NCBI GenBank assembly: GCA_951406725.2
Contig: OX597824.1
Span: 60,760,001-60,824,000 of the forward strand
Reading direction: 5' to 3'
DNA from: Octopus vulgaris
Taxonomy: Eukaryota
DNA: 64,000 nt
In this document: piece after piece, positions 53,167 to 64,000 of the stretch
Numbering within the stretch: the first letter of the stretch is position 1
Layout of the letters: each line of letters begins with the position of its first letter
Notes under the pieces: generated by a model
What the model saw: the letters and a program-made list of their open reading frames with translations, nothing else
The model's database searches: none
Told to the model about the DNA's origin: nothing
Program-made: the position numbers and the translations under genes

Positions 53167-56100
53167 TGTTGTAACATAATTGTTACAATAAATAAGATAA
53201 CCAGACAACAGAAACAACAATGTAGCAATCTAACAAATCTCTTTACGAACCAACAATCAATATTCCTTGTGAACTAACCAACTGACACCTTCCAACTTCA
53301 CTGCAAACTAACACGAACTTCACTCAACTCTGAACTCTGAACTTATGAACTCACTCAGATCATTATTATTCATAGTTTATTTGGAGCAGTCTATTTCTCA
53401 CAAGGAGGCATCATAACTCTCATCACAATATCTCCCCTTTTGAGATTTCGACAACTGTGAGAAAGTGGAATTTAAAAATTTTTTCTTATTTTCTTTCCAG
53501 CACCTCTCACACTTTTTTTTAACTGCTGCATTTTAATTGTTGCCCGACTTTTAAGGTAGTATTGTCCGTTGCACACAGCATTTTGCTTTTCGTTGTATTA
53601 AGCACTCTTGTTTTTTTTTTATTTAATACCTTTTTCGTTTAAGTATTACTTCCAGATATTCAATCTGTTTTCGTTTTCTGAAGCTAGTTCTATGGGGTTC
53701 AATATTTCTTGGTGCTGGCACTTCAAACATATCATAGAAGACTTCCATTGGCATTATCCTTTGTTCTTCTGTATGTCTCATCTTTCACTGGTTAAAGTTT
53801 CCCTTATGTTCTGAACATTGTCCTTTAATTAAATACATCATGTTACCTAACCTTTTGATTACACAGCCATCCACCCAATCTTCTTTACCATTTTTATAAT
53901 TTTTAAAATGAACTTTATCTCCTACTTCAAAATATTTTGTAATATTTCTTGTATTTCCTTCAAATGTATTTTTTGTCTTTGCCTTATATGTATTTTTCCT
54001 TGCAATAATTTATCGAAGATCAGTTTTATTTTATACATGAACATTAACTCTGCTGGTGACTTTCCTGAATTAGTATTTGGATTTGGTGTTATTCTTTATA
54101 CTCACAAAAATTTCATTGGGAGCTGCCCATTTCACGTAGTCTACTTTTTCAATGATTCCGTTTTTTTTCAAATCTGTCCTGCCCATTATCCACTTGCTTT
54201 ATTGCTGCAAAAGGCACTTTCCTATTAGGCTGGGACACAGGTGTACCGTTATCAACTAATTCAAAACGCGCTTCAGTTTCTGTACATAAACCTAGTTTGT
54301 CCGAGAGTACTTGCGGAAACATTTAAAAATTTTCTCTTCAGACAAATTACTTTTAGAGGGACACCCATTAACGTTTTTACAATAGAGATTTATGGGGAGG
54401 CCTCATAAATTGAATAATTCTGACCAATCAGTACTCAACATATCAGTTGCATTTTTAACGATGAAGACTTTCGCCTTGCATGTTTTCTCTCGAAATGTGA
54501 CGTTAGTCTACATTTTGCCTATGAAATATAATTTGTCACTCGTCACACTACGAACAAATTTCACGGTTTTCCCCTCATATAGGTTTCCTTATTTTCTTCG
54601 TATGTCCATATTTGTTATTGAAATATCACTTCCAGTATCCAACAGAAGTTTAATATATATTTCATTTATTTTTCTGTGTATGAATTTTGGTATTTGGGAG
54701 TTGATTTTTGCTTCTGCTGGAGCACTCTGGGATTTTTAACATTTTACCTTCATAATTTTGTTTTGCAGTGTGAACTCTTGTGATCAATTCTTTTGTAACT
54801 GTAACATTTTTGATTTTAAATAGACAGTCTTTTCTGAAATGTATGCCTCCCCCTCCACATCCATAACATGGTTTAGGACGTGGTGCTCTTTTTAGTTGTA
54901 CTTTTCCGGTTAGTATATCTGTACTTTTGAGGAGTCCTTTTCTTGAATTTTTTCCACATCGTGTTTCAGGTTTACCATCCTTTGGCATTCTTTTGCCACA
55001 GACTGTAAAATTAGATCTTGGTTCGCTTGTTGCAATTTAGAAAAAATTCTTGCCTGAATTTCTGTATCTTCTCTTGCTGTAAGGCCTTGTACGAAAATAA
55101 GACACTTGAACATCTCAGGTGTAAGTTCTTTGAGTTTAAAACTTTCACACATCCTGTTGACTGTCCTGGCATATGCGATAAAATCAACATTTTCTTTTTA
55201 CGTTATATTCCAACATTCTCTTCGAGTGAAGTTTTTTCACCGAATACGTTAGACAGCAATTCTATTGTTTCTTTAAAATAAATTTCATTGGGTTATTTGG
55301 ACAATATGAAATTTCAGTAATTTTCACGTTCTAACGAAGCTAATTTTCACAATAACAATCTCATTTTTTGTTCGTCCGATCATGATTTACAATCTTTTAA
55401 AAAAATCTCCTCGTACCTTCTGTTGTACGATGCGAAAGTTATACCCTCCTCTGGGTTATAACTGAATTCATTAATAGAGTTCGAAACGCCGTCTGGCGAA
55501 AACGAACTTATCTCATTTTTGGACTTCTTTGAATATAGATCCAGTAATTGTTGTTGTTGTAGTTGTTGCTATAATAATTGCTTCTGCAACTCCTCTTGCT
55601 GCTCTTGTTGATGCTTTTGTAACTGACCTTTGGAAGCTAATAGGGCTTCCATTGTTTAACAAGTTGCAAGGCGGCAAGCTTGCAGAAACGTTAGCATGCC
55701 AGGTGAAATGCTTTGTAGTATTTCGTCTGTCTTTACATTCTGAGTTCAAAGTCTGCTGAGGTCGACTTTGCCTTTCATCCTTTCGAGGTAGATAAATTAA
55801 GTACCAGTTACATAGTGGGGTCGATCTAATCGACTGGCTCCCTCCTCAAAAATTTTGGGCCTTGTGCTTAGAGTGGAAAAGATTATTTAATAAGTTGTAT
55901 CACGAACAAATTGTTAAATAACCTATGTGAGCTTCGAAACCCTCCTCGCCAGATGTTGTAACGTAATTGTTACACACAATAAATAAGATAACCAGACAAC
56001 TGTAACAACAATGTAACGAACTAACAATTCTCTCTATGAACCCTCAATCAATATTCCTTGTGGACTAACCAACTGACACCTTCTGACTTCACTGTGAACT

Positions 56101-56218
56101 AACACGAACTTCTCTCAACTCCGCATTTTGAATTTATGAACTCACTTGGATTGTTACTATTTATACTTTACTTGGAGCAGTCTATCTCTTGCAAGGGGGC
56201 GTGGTAACTCACATCTCT
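53167..56218 (-). mobile_element. Internally deleted Gypsy LTR element; LTRs at 55954-56218 (5') and 53167-53427 (3')
   Basis: Direct LTR pair, PBS-like TGGCGAGGAGG, PPT AAAAGGGGAGATAT, and TSD ACATC/GCATC. Gag remnant LTPEMFKCLIFVQGL and zinc knuckle CYGCGGGGIHFRKDC. A SINE is inserted at about 55665-55885. Confidence 0.88.
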
Positions 56219-56498
56219 GCATCTATGCATGTGTACACACATTTTCCTTGTTATCAGAGTCGTGTGTCTTATGTGTAGCTATATGAGTGCTGGGGATAGG
56301 AATACAATTGATTAAAGGTAACAATGATAATTATTAGCATTTCATCTGAATTAATTTTTCCAATATTATATATCCATGCACATATCATCATGATATATGA
56401 AAGAAATTGTTGTATACAGTGCTCAATCCTTTCTAGTGAAAGCACAAGGTCCGAAATTTGGGGAGAGGGGACTGATACTTAATTTATCGACCCCAAAA

Positions 56499-56533
<35 letters not shown>

Positions 56534-56573
56534 TATATAATTGTTAAACATGACATCAAACATTAAAGTAAGG

Positions 56574-57155
56574 CAAACATCTCAAGTCATATACAATACC
56601 ATTATAAGAAGAAATTCAAAATCTTACAGCTGTTACCGAGATATCCCTGAGTATGGGATATTCCATCATCAGAGATAAATAAGGGAAACAATATGGAAAA
56701 TGATAATGTATACATCCATAAGATGACAACGTAGAGGAAGGGAGTAAATGAATGAGGGGATGGAAAGAGAGAAGAAAGAAGAAGCACAAAAGTTCATAAT
56801 TCAACTTTCCGACGTTATAGAAACCAGACCATGAGTCCTTAGGTGCAATCCTGCATAGATCCATGAGCGTAAGTCTTTATGCAGGATTGCACCTAAGGAC
56901 TCATGCTCTGGTTTCTATAACTTCAGAAAGTTAAATAATGAACTTTTATGTTTCTTTTTTCTTCTCTCTTTCCATCTCCTCATTCTTCTACTCCCTTCCT
57001 CTATGTTGTCATCTAATGGTTATATACATTCTCATTTTCCATATTGTTTCCCTTATTTATCTCTGATGAGGGAATATCCCATATTCGGGGATATCCCAGC
57101 TGTAAGATTTTGAATTTCTTCCGATAATGATATTGTATATGACTTGAGATGTTTG
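56574..57155. repeat. Diverged palindrome (about 280-bp arms, 20-nt spacer) with a decayed hammerhead in each arm
   Basis: Arms 56574-56857 and 56878-57155. CTGATGA-..ATATCCC/GGGATAT..-CAGCTG-TA-AGA is present in both. GAAA is deleted in the right arm and mutated to GTAA in the left. Confidence 0.85.
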
Positions 57156-57160
57156 ACATT

Positions 57161-57369
57161 CATTATTAGCACTTTCATTTCTTTCTTGATCTTGTCAAAT
57201 AAAATTTTGTGAAAGTACAGACAGCTTGTTCATTTATATAAGACAGATGATTTTTGGGGTTTCCCCCACACCAAAATAATCTGTTTTATATAAATGAACA
57301 AGCTGTTTGTACATTCACAAAATTTTATTTGATAAGTTTGAGAAAGAAACGAAAGTGCTAACGATAATG
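57161..57369. repeat. Imperfect palindrome, about 100-bp arms with a short spacer
   Basis: TCAAATAAAATTTTGTGAA...CAGCTTGTTCATTTATATAA is mirrored by TTATATAAATGAACAAGCTG...TTCACAAAATTTTATTTGA. Confidence 0.8.
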
Positions 57370-57514
57370 AAATAATAAGAAGATGTTTTTTCCCAAATTT
57401 CTGACGACTTTTTTCTCAAGATATATATATATATATATTGATAGAAATGGTAAAACAACAAAAGAATGAAAGAGACCTCGATATTATGTAAATAGAAGAA
57501 TTTATCTGTAAATG

Positions 57515-57721
57515 TAATATGTGACAATTATTTGGTAGCCAAGATAAAACTCCAAGTTTCGGATGCCGGGGTGGGAATCCATGCCGCCATCTCTTCAGTT
57601 ATCTTCAGTCATCCATCTCTTCAGGGGCTGGATAACCGAAGAGATGATGGTGTGGTGTGGATTTCCACCCTGGCATCCGAAACTTGGAGTTTTATATTGG
57701 CTACCGAATAATTGTCACATA

Positions 57722-57724
<3 letters not shown>
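57515..57724. repeat. Palindrome with about 90-bp hammerhead-containing arms
   Basis: ATGTGACAATTATT...AAACTCCAAGTTTCGGATGCC is mirrored by GGCATCCGAAACTTGGAGTTT...AATAATTGTCACAT. Confidence 0.85.
57543..57603 (-). ncRNA. Type I hammerhead motif in the left arm of palindrome 57515-57724
   Basis: On the minus strand: GATAA-CTGAAGA-GATG...CATC-C-GAAA-CT-TGG-AG-TT-TTATC. The mirror copy at 57631-57695(+) has CTGA mutated to CCGA. Confidence 0.55.
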
Positions 57725-57780
<56 letters not shown>

Positions 57781-57946
57781 AGAGAGAGAGAGAGAGAGAG
57801 AGAGATTCATACATATATATATGCATGTATATATATATGTATGTGTGTGCGTGCATATGTATGTGTGCACATATATGTATATATACATGTATATATATAT
57901 ATGTATATATAAGTGAGAAAGTTGGTGTGTGAAAGCACGTGGTTGA

Positions 57947-58061
57947 ATATATAGAAAATAGTAAAAAGTGAAAAAACTAAGGAAGGCTTGTTTTAAAAGG
58001 TTAAAGGTTTTAACCTTTTAAAACAAGCCTTCTGTAGTTTTTTTTACTATTTTCTATATAT
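57947..58061. repeat. Short palindrome, about 55-bp arms, flanked by TA
   Basis: GAAGGCTTGTTTTAAAAGGTTAAA / TTTAACCTTTTAAAACAAGCCTTC. Confidence 0.75.
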
Positions 58062-59051
58062 ATATATATCATCATTATCATCATCATCATCATGATATAT
58101 ATATATATATTCAATACAATGCTCTCAAGGACAGATAACAAGATAAGAGAATCACATAGTTGAGAGAAAAATGGAAAAATGAAATATGGATGTGGACTAA
58201 ATCACTTCTAAGTTTTCAGATTCATTCCTCCTATGATGTTTTGCCATTGTCTACAAACCTAGTATGATGGAATGTATCAAAGAATGAGAAATGCAGATGA
58301 GGATATGTCAGAACACTGAAATATATTCTTTTCAACTGCTGCTATTGAATCGATATACATAGAGATGCAATCTCATCCTTAAGGTCATCTTCAATGTTAT
58401 AAGGAACAAAGTTGATTTCATCAACAGTGGAGAAAAACCACTGAAGAAATCAAACAGGTTTCATTACCTTTCTACATTCAGGACAGTAGATCCTTTTGAA
58501 GAAGAAGAAACTTCCTTGGAAGGTGGCTGCAGATTTTCATGGGTGCCAAGGATTCTTTCCCATTCCATTTATAAATGAAATGAATATTAACTTGGGGTTG
58601 AAAGATCAGCCATTATAAATGCTTCCTTGAAGAATATGAAGACACAGGCTGTAAAGCCGAGCATTTTCCAAGCGCAGTTGAAAGTAGAGGATCCATTGGA
58701 CACGGTGTGAGGCTATTGTTGTCACCAAGGCTAACTCATTCTAAGGCAAATACCACCATGAGTGATATCCAAACCACAGTGGAGATGGCAAGCCACTGGA
58801 TTTGCTTAAAAAGAGACAAAGAGCAATGGCTAGAAGAAAATTGAGCAAAATCTAATAACCTGTTGATCTAGCAAGTGGGACCTCAGTTCAGTGAAGGGGA
58901 TTGGGGTGCAATGATGCCATTGAGAGGAAGGCCCCAAAATGGCACACATTCTCTCCTGATGACACCATAAACTTGTTAGCATCCAATATGCAGAGCTTCC
59001 AACAGGTAGCATTTAAATTTGCAAGTTATTTGCAATATAAATATATATATG

Positions 59052-59099
<48 letters not shown>

Positions 59100-59719
59100 C
59101 TGGAGAGAGAAAAGGAGAGCAAAAGAGAAATCAGAGTGAAAATGAAGGTAATACAGAGGAAAATAGAAGTAGGAAAAGGTGAATAAGACAAGACATGGTA
59201 ACATTGTTAACAACAGAATATTGTTTCATAGTGAATTGTTGTGAGTGATTAGACTGGCTGAAAATATTGAGATAACGCCAGTTTAGCTGAAAAAAAACTT
59301 TTCTGTTTATATCACTGAATACCTAATCAGACATATATAAATACATACATGCATACATACATACATACATACATACATACATACATACACATATATATAT
59401 GTGTGTATATATATGTGTGTGTGTGTGCATGTGCGAGTATGTGTGTGTGCGTTTATGTATATATTATATATATATGCATATTTGTATGCATATTTATAAA
59501 TTTACATATTATATACACAAACACACACATGTAAACATGTATGTATATAGGTACGCATGTATATTATTAACTTTTACTATAATCGCTTTGGGATAGAGTG
59601 CTTAGATAACTAACTGAAATATAATTAAACTTTGGCTGTATTTACAACCCACTAATTTTGATTGCAATAATGACTTGATAACATTGTCAATAAATTATTT
59701 AAATGGTTCCTACTGTATG

Positions 59720-59768
<49 letters not shown>

Positions 59769-60376
59769 ACATAAATAATATATAAATATATGTATATATA
59801 CAAACATATATGTACATACCTACATATATATGTATATATACATGCATATACATCAAAAAAACGTTGAACACAATGAGGAACGAAAACATAAAAACAAAAA
59901 CATAGAAACGAAATTTTTGAACAGCGGAAAAAACCCCCAGAGAAACGAAACATACAACATAAAGAATATTCTCCTTCTTCAGTTGTCCCTGTTTCAACTA
60001 CTCCACGTGTGAGCCAAAACTTTTGCAATATATTTGTTGCTTATTTGCTTTATATAAACATTAGTAGACATTCAAATAACTATACAGACTATATAGACCC
60101 CGCTAATGGCAGAGTTATTTCTTTGCTTATCTACTTTGTTAATTATACGGGCAATATCTTTGGTATATAACTTAAGAAACAGCCATAAACAACTGGAATT
60201 CTTCCATATACGTTCTTTCAGTGGCTGTGTGGTAAGTAGCTTGCATATGAACTACATGGTTCCGGGTTCAGTCCCACTGCGTGACACCTTGGACAAGTGT
60301 CTTCTACTATAGCTTCGGGCCAACCAAAGCTTTGTGAGTGGATTTGGTAGACGGAAACTGAAAGAAGCCTGTCGTA

Positions 60377-60437
<61 letters not shown>

Positions 60438-61991
60438 GTATGTGTGTGTGTGTATATGTCTGTGTGTTTGTGCTTCTCCCCCTAACATCGCTTGACAACT
60501 GATGCTAGTGTGTTTACGTCCCTGTAACTTAGCGGTTCGGCAAAAGGGTCCGATAAAATAAGTACTAGGCTTACAAAGAATAAGTCCTGGGGTCGATTTA
60601 CTCGACTAAAGGCAGTGCTCCATCATGGCCGCAGTCAAATGACTGAAACAAGTAAAACAGTAAAAGAGTATATACTTTTAAATGAATTTCAAATATTCCT
60701 ATCTGTATATGTCTTTTGCATATCTTTGGCTGTTCTGCAAAAATTATTGCCCAATTTCAGTTACTGTGTACATGCAGTACATTGTCTGTATCAAAATATC
60801 GAAAATTTCATCTGGACATTTTGGTTCCTGTCATAAAAGTAATTTGTTAATGAATTATACTTTTCATTTTCTATTCTATTCTTTTATCTTTCATCTCTTA
60901 CTTGTTTCATTCATTAGCCTAGGGCAATGATGGGGCAGTGCCTTGAAAAAGTTTTAGTCAAATGAATCGAGACCAGTACTTATTTACTTTTTTAAAGCCT
61001 AGTACTTATTTTATTGGTCTCTTTTGCCAAACTGCCAAGTTATGGGGATGTAAACATACTAACACCAATTGTCAATTGGAGGTGGGAGACAAACACAGAC
61101 ACAAGGACAAGCACACACACATTCACACACAAGCACACACAAATATATAAAATAGGATTCTTTCTGTTAGTCTTTGGTCGGCCTGAGGCTGTAGTAGAAG
61201 ATATTTGCTCAAGGTGCCATGCAGTGGAACTGAACCCAGAACCACGAGGTTGGGAAGCAAGCTTCTTACTGCACAGCCATGACTCTGAAATAATATATAT
61301 CATCTTCTATATTATATTACATATTATAGTATACTTTAAATACTGTGAGCACTGAGATCCTCACTGACAAGTCTCTAATTTGTTTTATGGCTATTGTCTT
61401 TAAGTCTATTGTGTTAGGCAGTCAAATGTTGTGCTAACCACCACACCAAAGTGTAATGGTTAGAACAGCTATACAGCTACAACAGGTATAGTGTTTGCAT
61501 CTTGCAACGTTTTCCCTGCTTCTTTTTACATTTAGAGATGTATAATCCTCCTTTAAAGTGCATCTTTTATGCTGCCATGGGTTGGACAATTTGTTAGGAT
61601 CCAGCAAGTCAGAAGACTGCATCTTGTGCTAATGTCTGCTTTGGCATGGTTTCAAATGTCAACCACTTTACAGAGTGCACTGAGAACGTTTTCATAGCAC
61701 CAACACTACTAGTAAGATGGCTGTAGTTATAAAAAGCATATATTGTAAATATGCCTTTTTTATAAATACATTGAAGACAAACATATATCTAAATGTTTAC
61801 CTACTTACCTATCTATCTCTGGAAACTTATTTCTATTTACCTTTAGTTACCTTTTGTAACTTACTTCAATAAACCTACTCTTCATTTATTTTTATATAAA
61901 TACATTGATTACCCTAACAATGGTTGAACAATCCTATGGGCTGTTAATATAGAAAGGAGAGAGGAAGTAAAATCATAGAAAATACAAATTA

Positions 61992-62135
<144 letters not shown>

Positions 62136-62295
62136 TCATAGAGAAGGCAAAACCTCACCTCTATCTCAGAAGTGGTATCATTTCAAATTTAGTAAGAAAG
62201 TTCAAATTTAGTAAGAAAGTTCAATGAGAAATACAAAAAAAAATGTAGGTAGGGTCTCTTCAGGTGTGATAAATGCATATGTGACATAAATAACA

Positions 62296-62860
62296 AAAGA
62301 GCTGGATATGGTGAAAGAGTAGTTGTTAGTATAAGGAAGGGGACAAAAAAGTTGGGGGAACATGTTCATTCTGATTCTTTGTGTAGAGTTAGACTTCAGA
62401 AAGGAGGTGTGAGATGTGTGGTACCAAATGTTATGGAATAAGGACATGGACACTGAGTGTGGAAGATCTGCTTCAGAGATTGGAAAGAAATGACACATGC
62501 ATGATGTATGGAATGTGTAACATTAATCCACATGAAAGATGGTGCACAGCTGAGTTGAGAATGTGTCTGGTGGTTGAAGAAACCAGCTGATGTATGCAGC
62601 AGAGACAAATGTTCTAGTTCTAGTCAAGTGATATGAATGGATAATGACTTGTATACAAAAATGTAATGTGTACTGGTAGAAAATGATGATACAGGTAAGA
62701 GAAGAATGAGGAAGATGTGGGAAATGTTAGTAAAACCAGTTCTTAAGATGTTTAGTCTAATGGATGCTTAATTGAAATAGTATTAAGCATCATACTAGCA
62801 TCTATTCAGTCTACAATGGCAAAGAAAATCACATTGAAACAGTGATAATAAAAGTGACAA
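62296..62860 (+). repeat. Ancient RTE 3' remnant, copy B of the duplicated intronic segment
   Basis: Shares blocks such as TGTTCATTCTGATTCTTTGTG, TTGGAAAGAAATGACACATGCATGAT and ATTGAAATAGTATTAAGCATCA with 1-490. Confidence 0.75.
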
Positions 62861-64000
62861 GTGGTGATAATGATGATTAGATATATTTTGCTTTAAATAT
62901 CCATTCTAAGATATAGGGACTTATCAGTAGAATATAATAAGAAAATTTCTGGCGACTTCTTTAGTTTTTCTAAGAAATAATAACCTCACCGCCACTACCA
63001 CCACCACTGCCATCCCTCCTACTGTAGTATATATGAGGGACCAAAGATATCGCTTCAGTATATTAAATGTCTGAGATATCTAAGAGTTGTTTTTTGTAGA
63101 CAGCTAAGTTATTACTGTGAGCTTGTCAGAAAGAGAACCATTTAAGTAATCTGAGGTAGTTAGGTTATTTGATATACATGAAGTACATCAGGTAATCTGA
63201 TATTATAGCTAATATAAATGTTGATTACCAGTAGCTCATTAGTTATCAATGCCTTTTGGTATTAGTAGTCTTTCATATATCCCTATATTATTCAAGTATC
63301 TTTATTCTGTTTTCATCACCATCATTATTCTTTAATTTCTGCCTTCCATTTTGGCATGGGTTGAATGGTTTGACAGGAGCTGGCCAGGCAGAAGACGGCA
63401 CCAAACTTCTGTGTCTGTTTTGGCATGGCTTTTATGGTTCAATGCCCTTCCTAACACCAACCTCTTAGCAGATGGGACTGAGTGCTTTTTACATGGCAAG
63501 GTTAGTTTTGGCATGGTTTTTACAGCTGGATGGTTACCCTTCCAAATGCCAACCACTTCAGAGTGTGGACTGGATGCTTTTTATGTGGCAAAAGCACTGA
63601 CTGGGTCATCAAGTAACTTGCAAGAGAAAGATCCTTTGAGAAAACAGGGGGCATTGGAGGAGGTAATCTTGTGTCAGATGACGAAATGTTAGACTGTGAC
63701 AGTGATAGAAAGAGATGTCTTGCACTTAATGTCGACACAACAGTTATAACTAAAATAATTTGTCAGTCTGCCTCATGCTCCAGGTGGACAAAATCTGAGT
63801 GGCATTGCCCTGGAGGATGGTGAAGGAGACATGCTGGAATAGCCATTCTGACTCATGGGCTTGCACTTGTGGATAGCACCTCTGTCCTGATAACTATGAG
63901 CAGGGATGTAGTCCAGCGGGTCACCACTACCCCAAGCTCTACCATAAATCTGTCAGAGGGTGGCCACTACTTAGACATCTTGCCTTTCTTGGCATAATGA

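Noticed and set aside
58120-58980. Coding-like composition suggesting a decayed LINE 3' end
   Set aside because: I could not identify a diagnostic motif, so it is left uncalled.
61434-61622. Cys-containing minus-strand ORF just after the ShKT exon
   Set aside because: It starts inside a decayed repeat tail. The apparent acceptor coincides with the repeat end.

Overview
AT-rich, microsatellite- and transposon-dense eukaryotic DNA; the SINE/RTE/Penelope repeat types suggest a coleoid cephalopod, probably Octopus (inference). Almost all ORFs in the track are spurious or TE-derived. The real gene content is a multi-exon minus-strand CAP/CRISP-family gene (cysteine-rich secretory/venom-allergen-like). 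I reconstructed it by hand from GT-AG exons with matching phases between 29238 and 1119: N-terminal Cys module(s), CAP domain, then an EGF-like domain. A ShKT-like exon at 61997-62113 belongs to an upstream copy of the same unit. Positions 1-490 are homologous to 62296-62860, which implies a tandem duplication with a period of about 62 kb. The introns hold decayed RTE, CR1-like, Gypsy, mariner, Helitron-like and Penelope-like (PLE) elements. They also hold several fold-back palindromes, the largest 2.36 kb with a 5-nt spacer, and many type I hammerhead ribozyme motifs, several sitting inside the palindrome arms. TE boundaries are approximate and all similarity judgements were made by eye.
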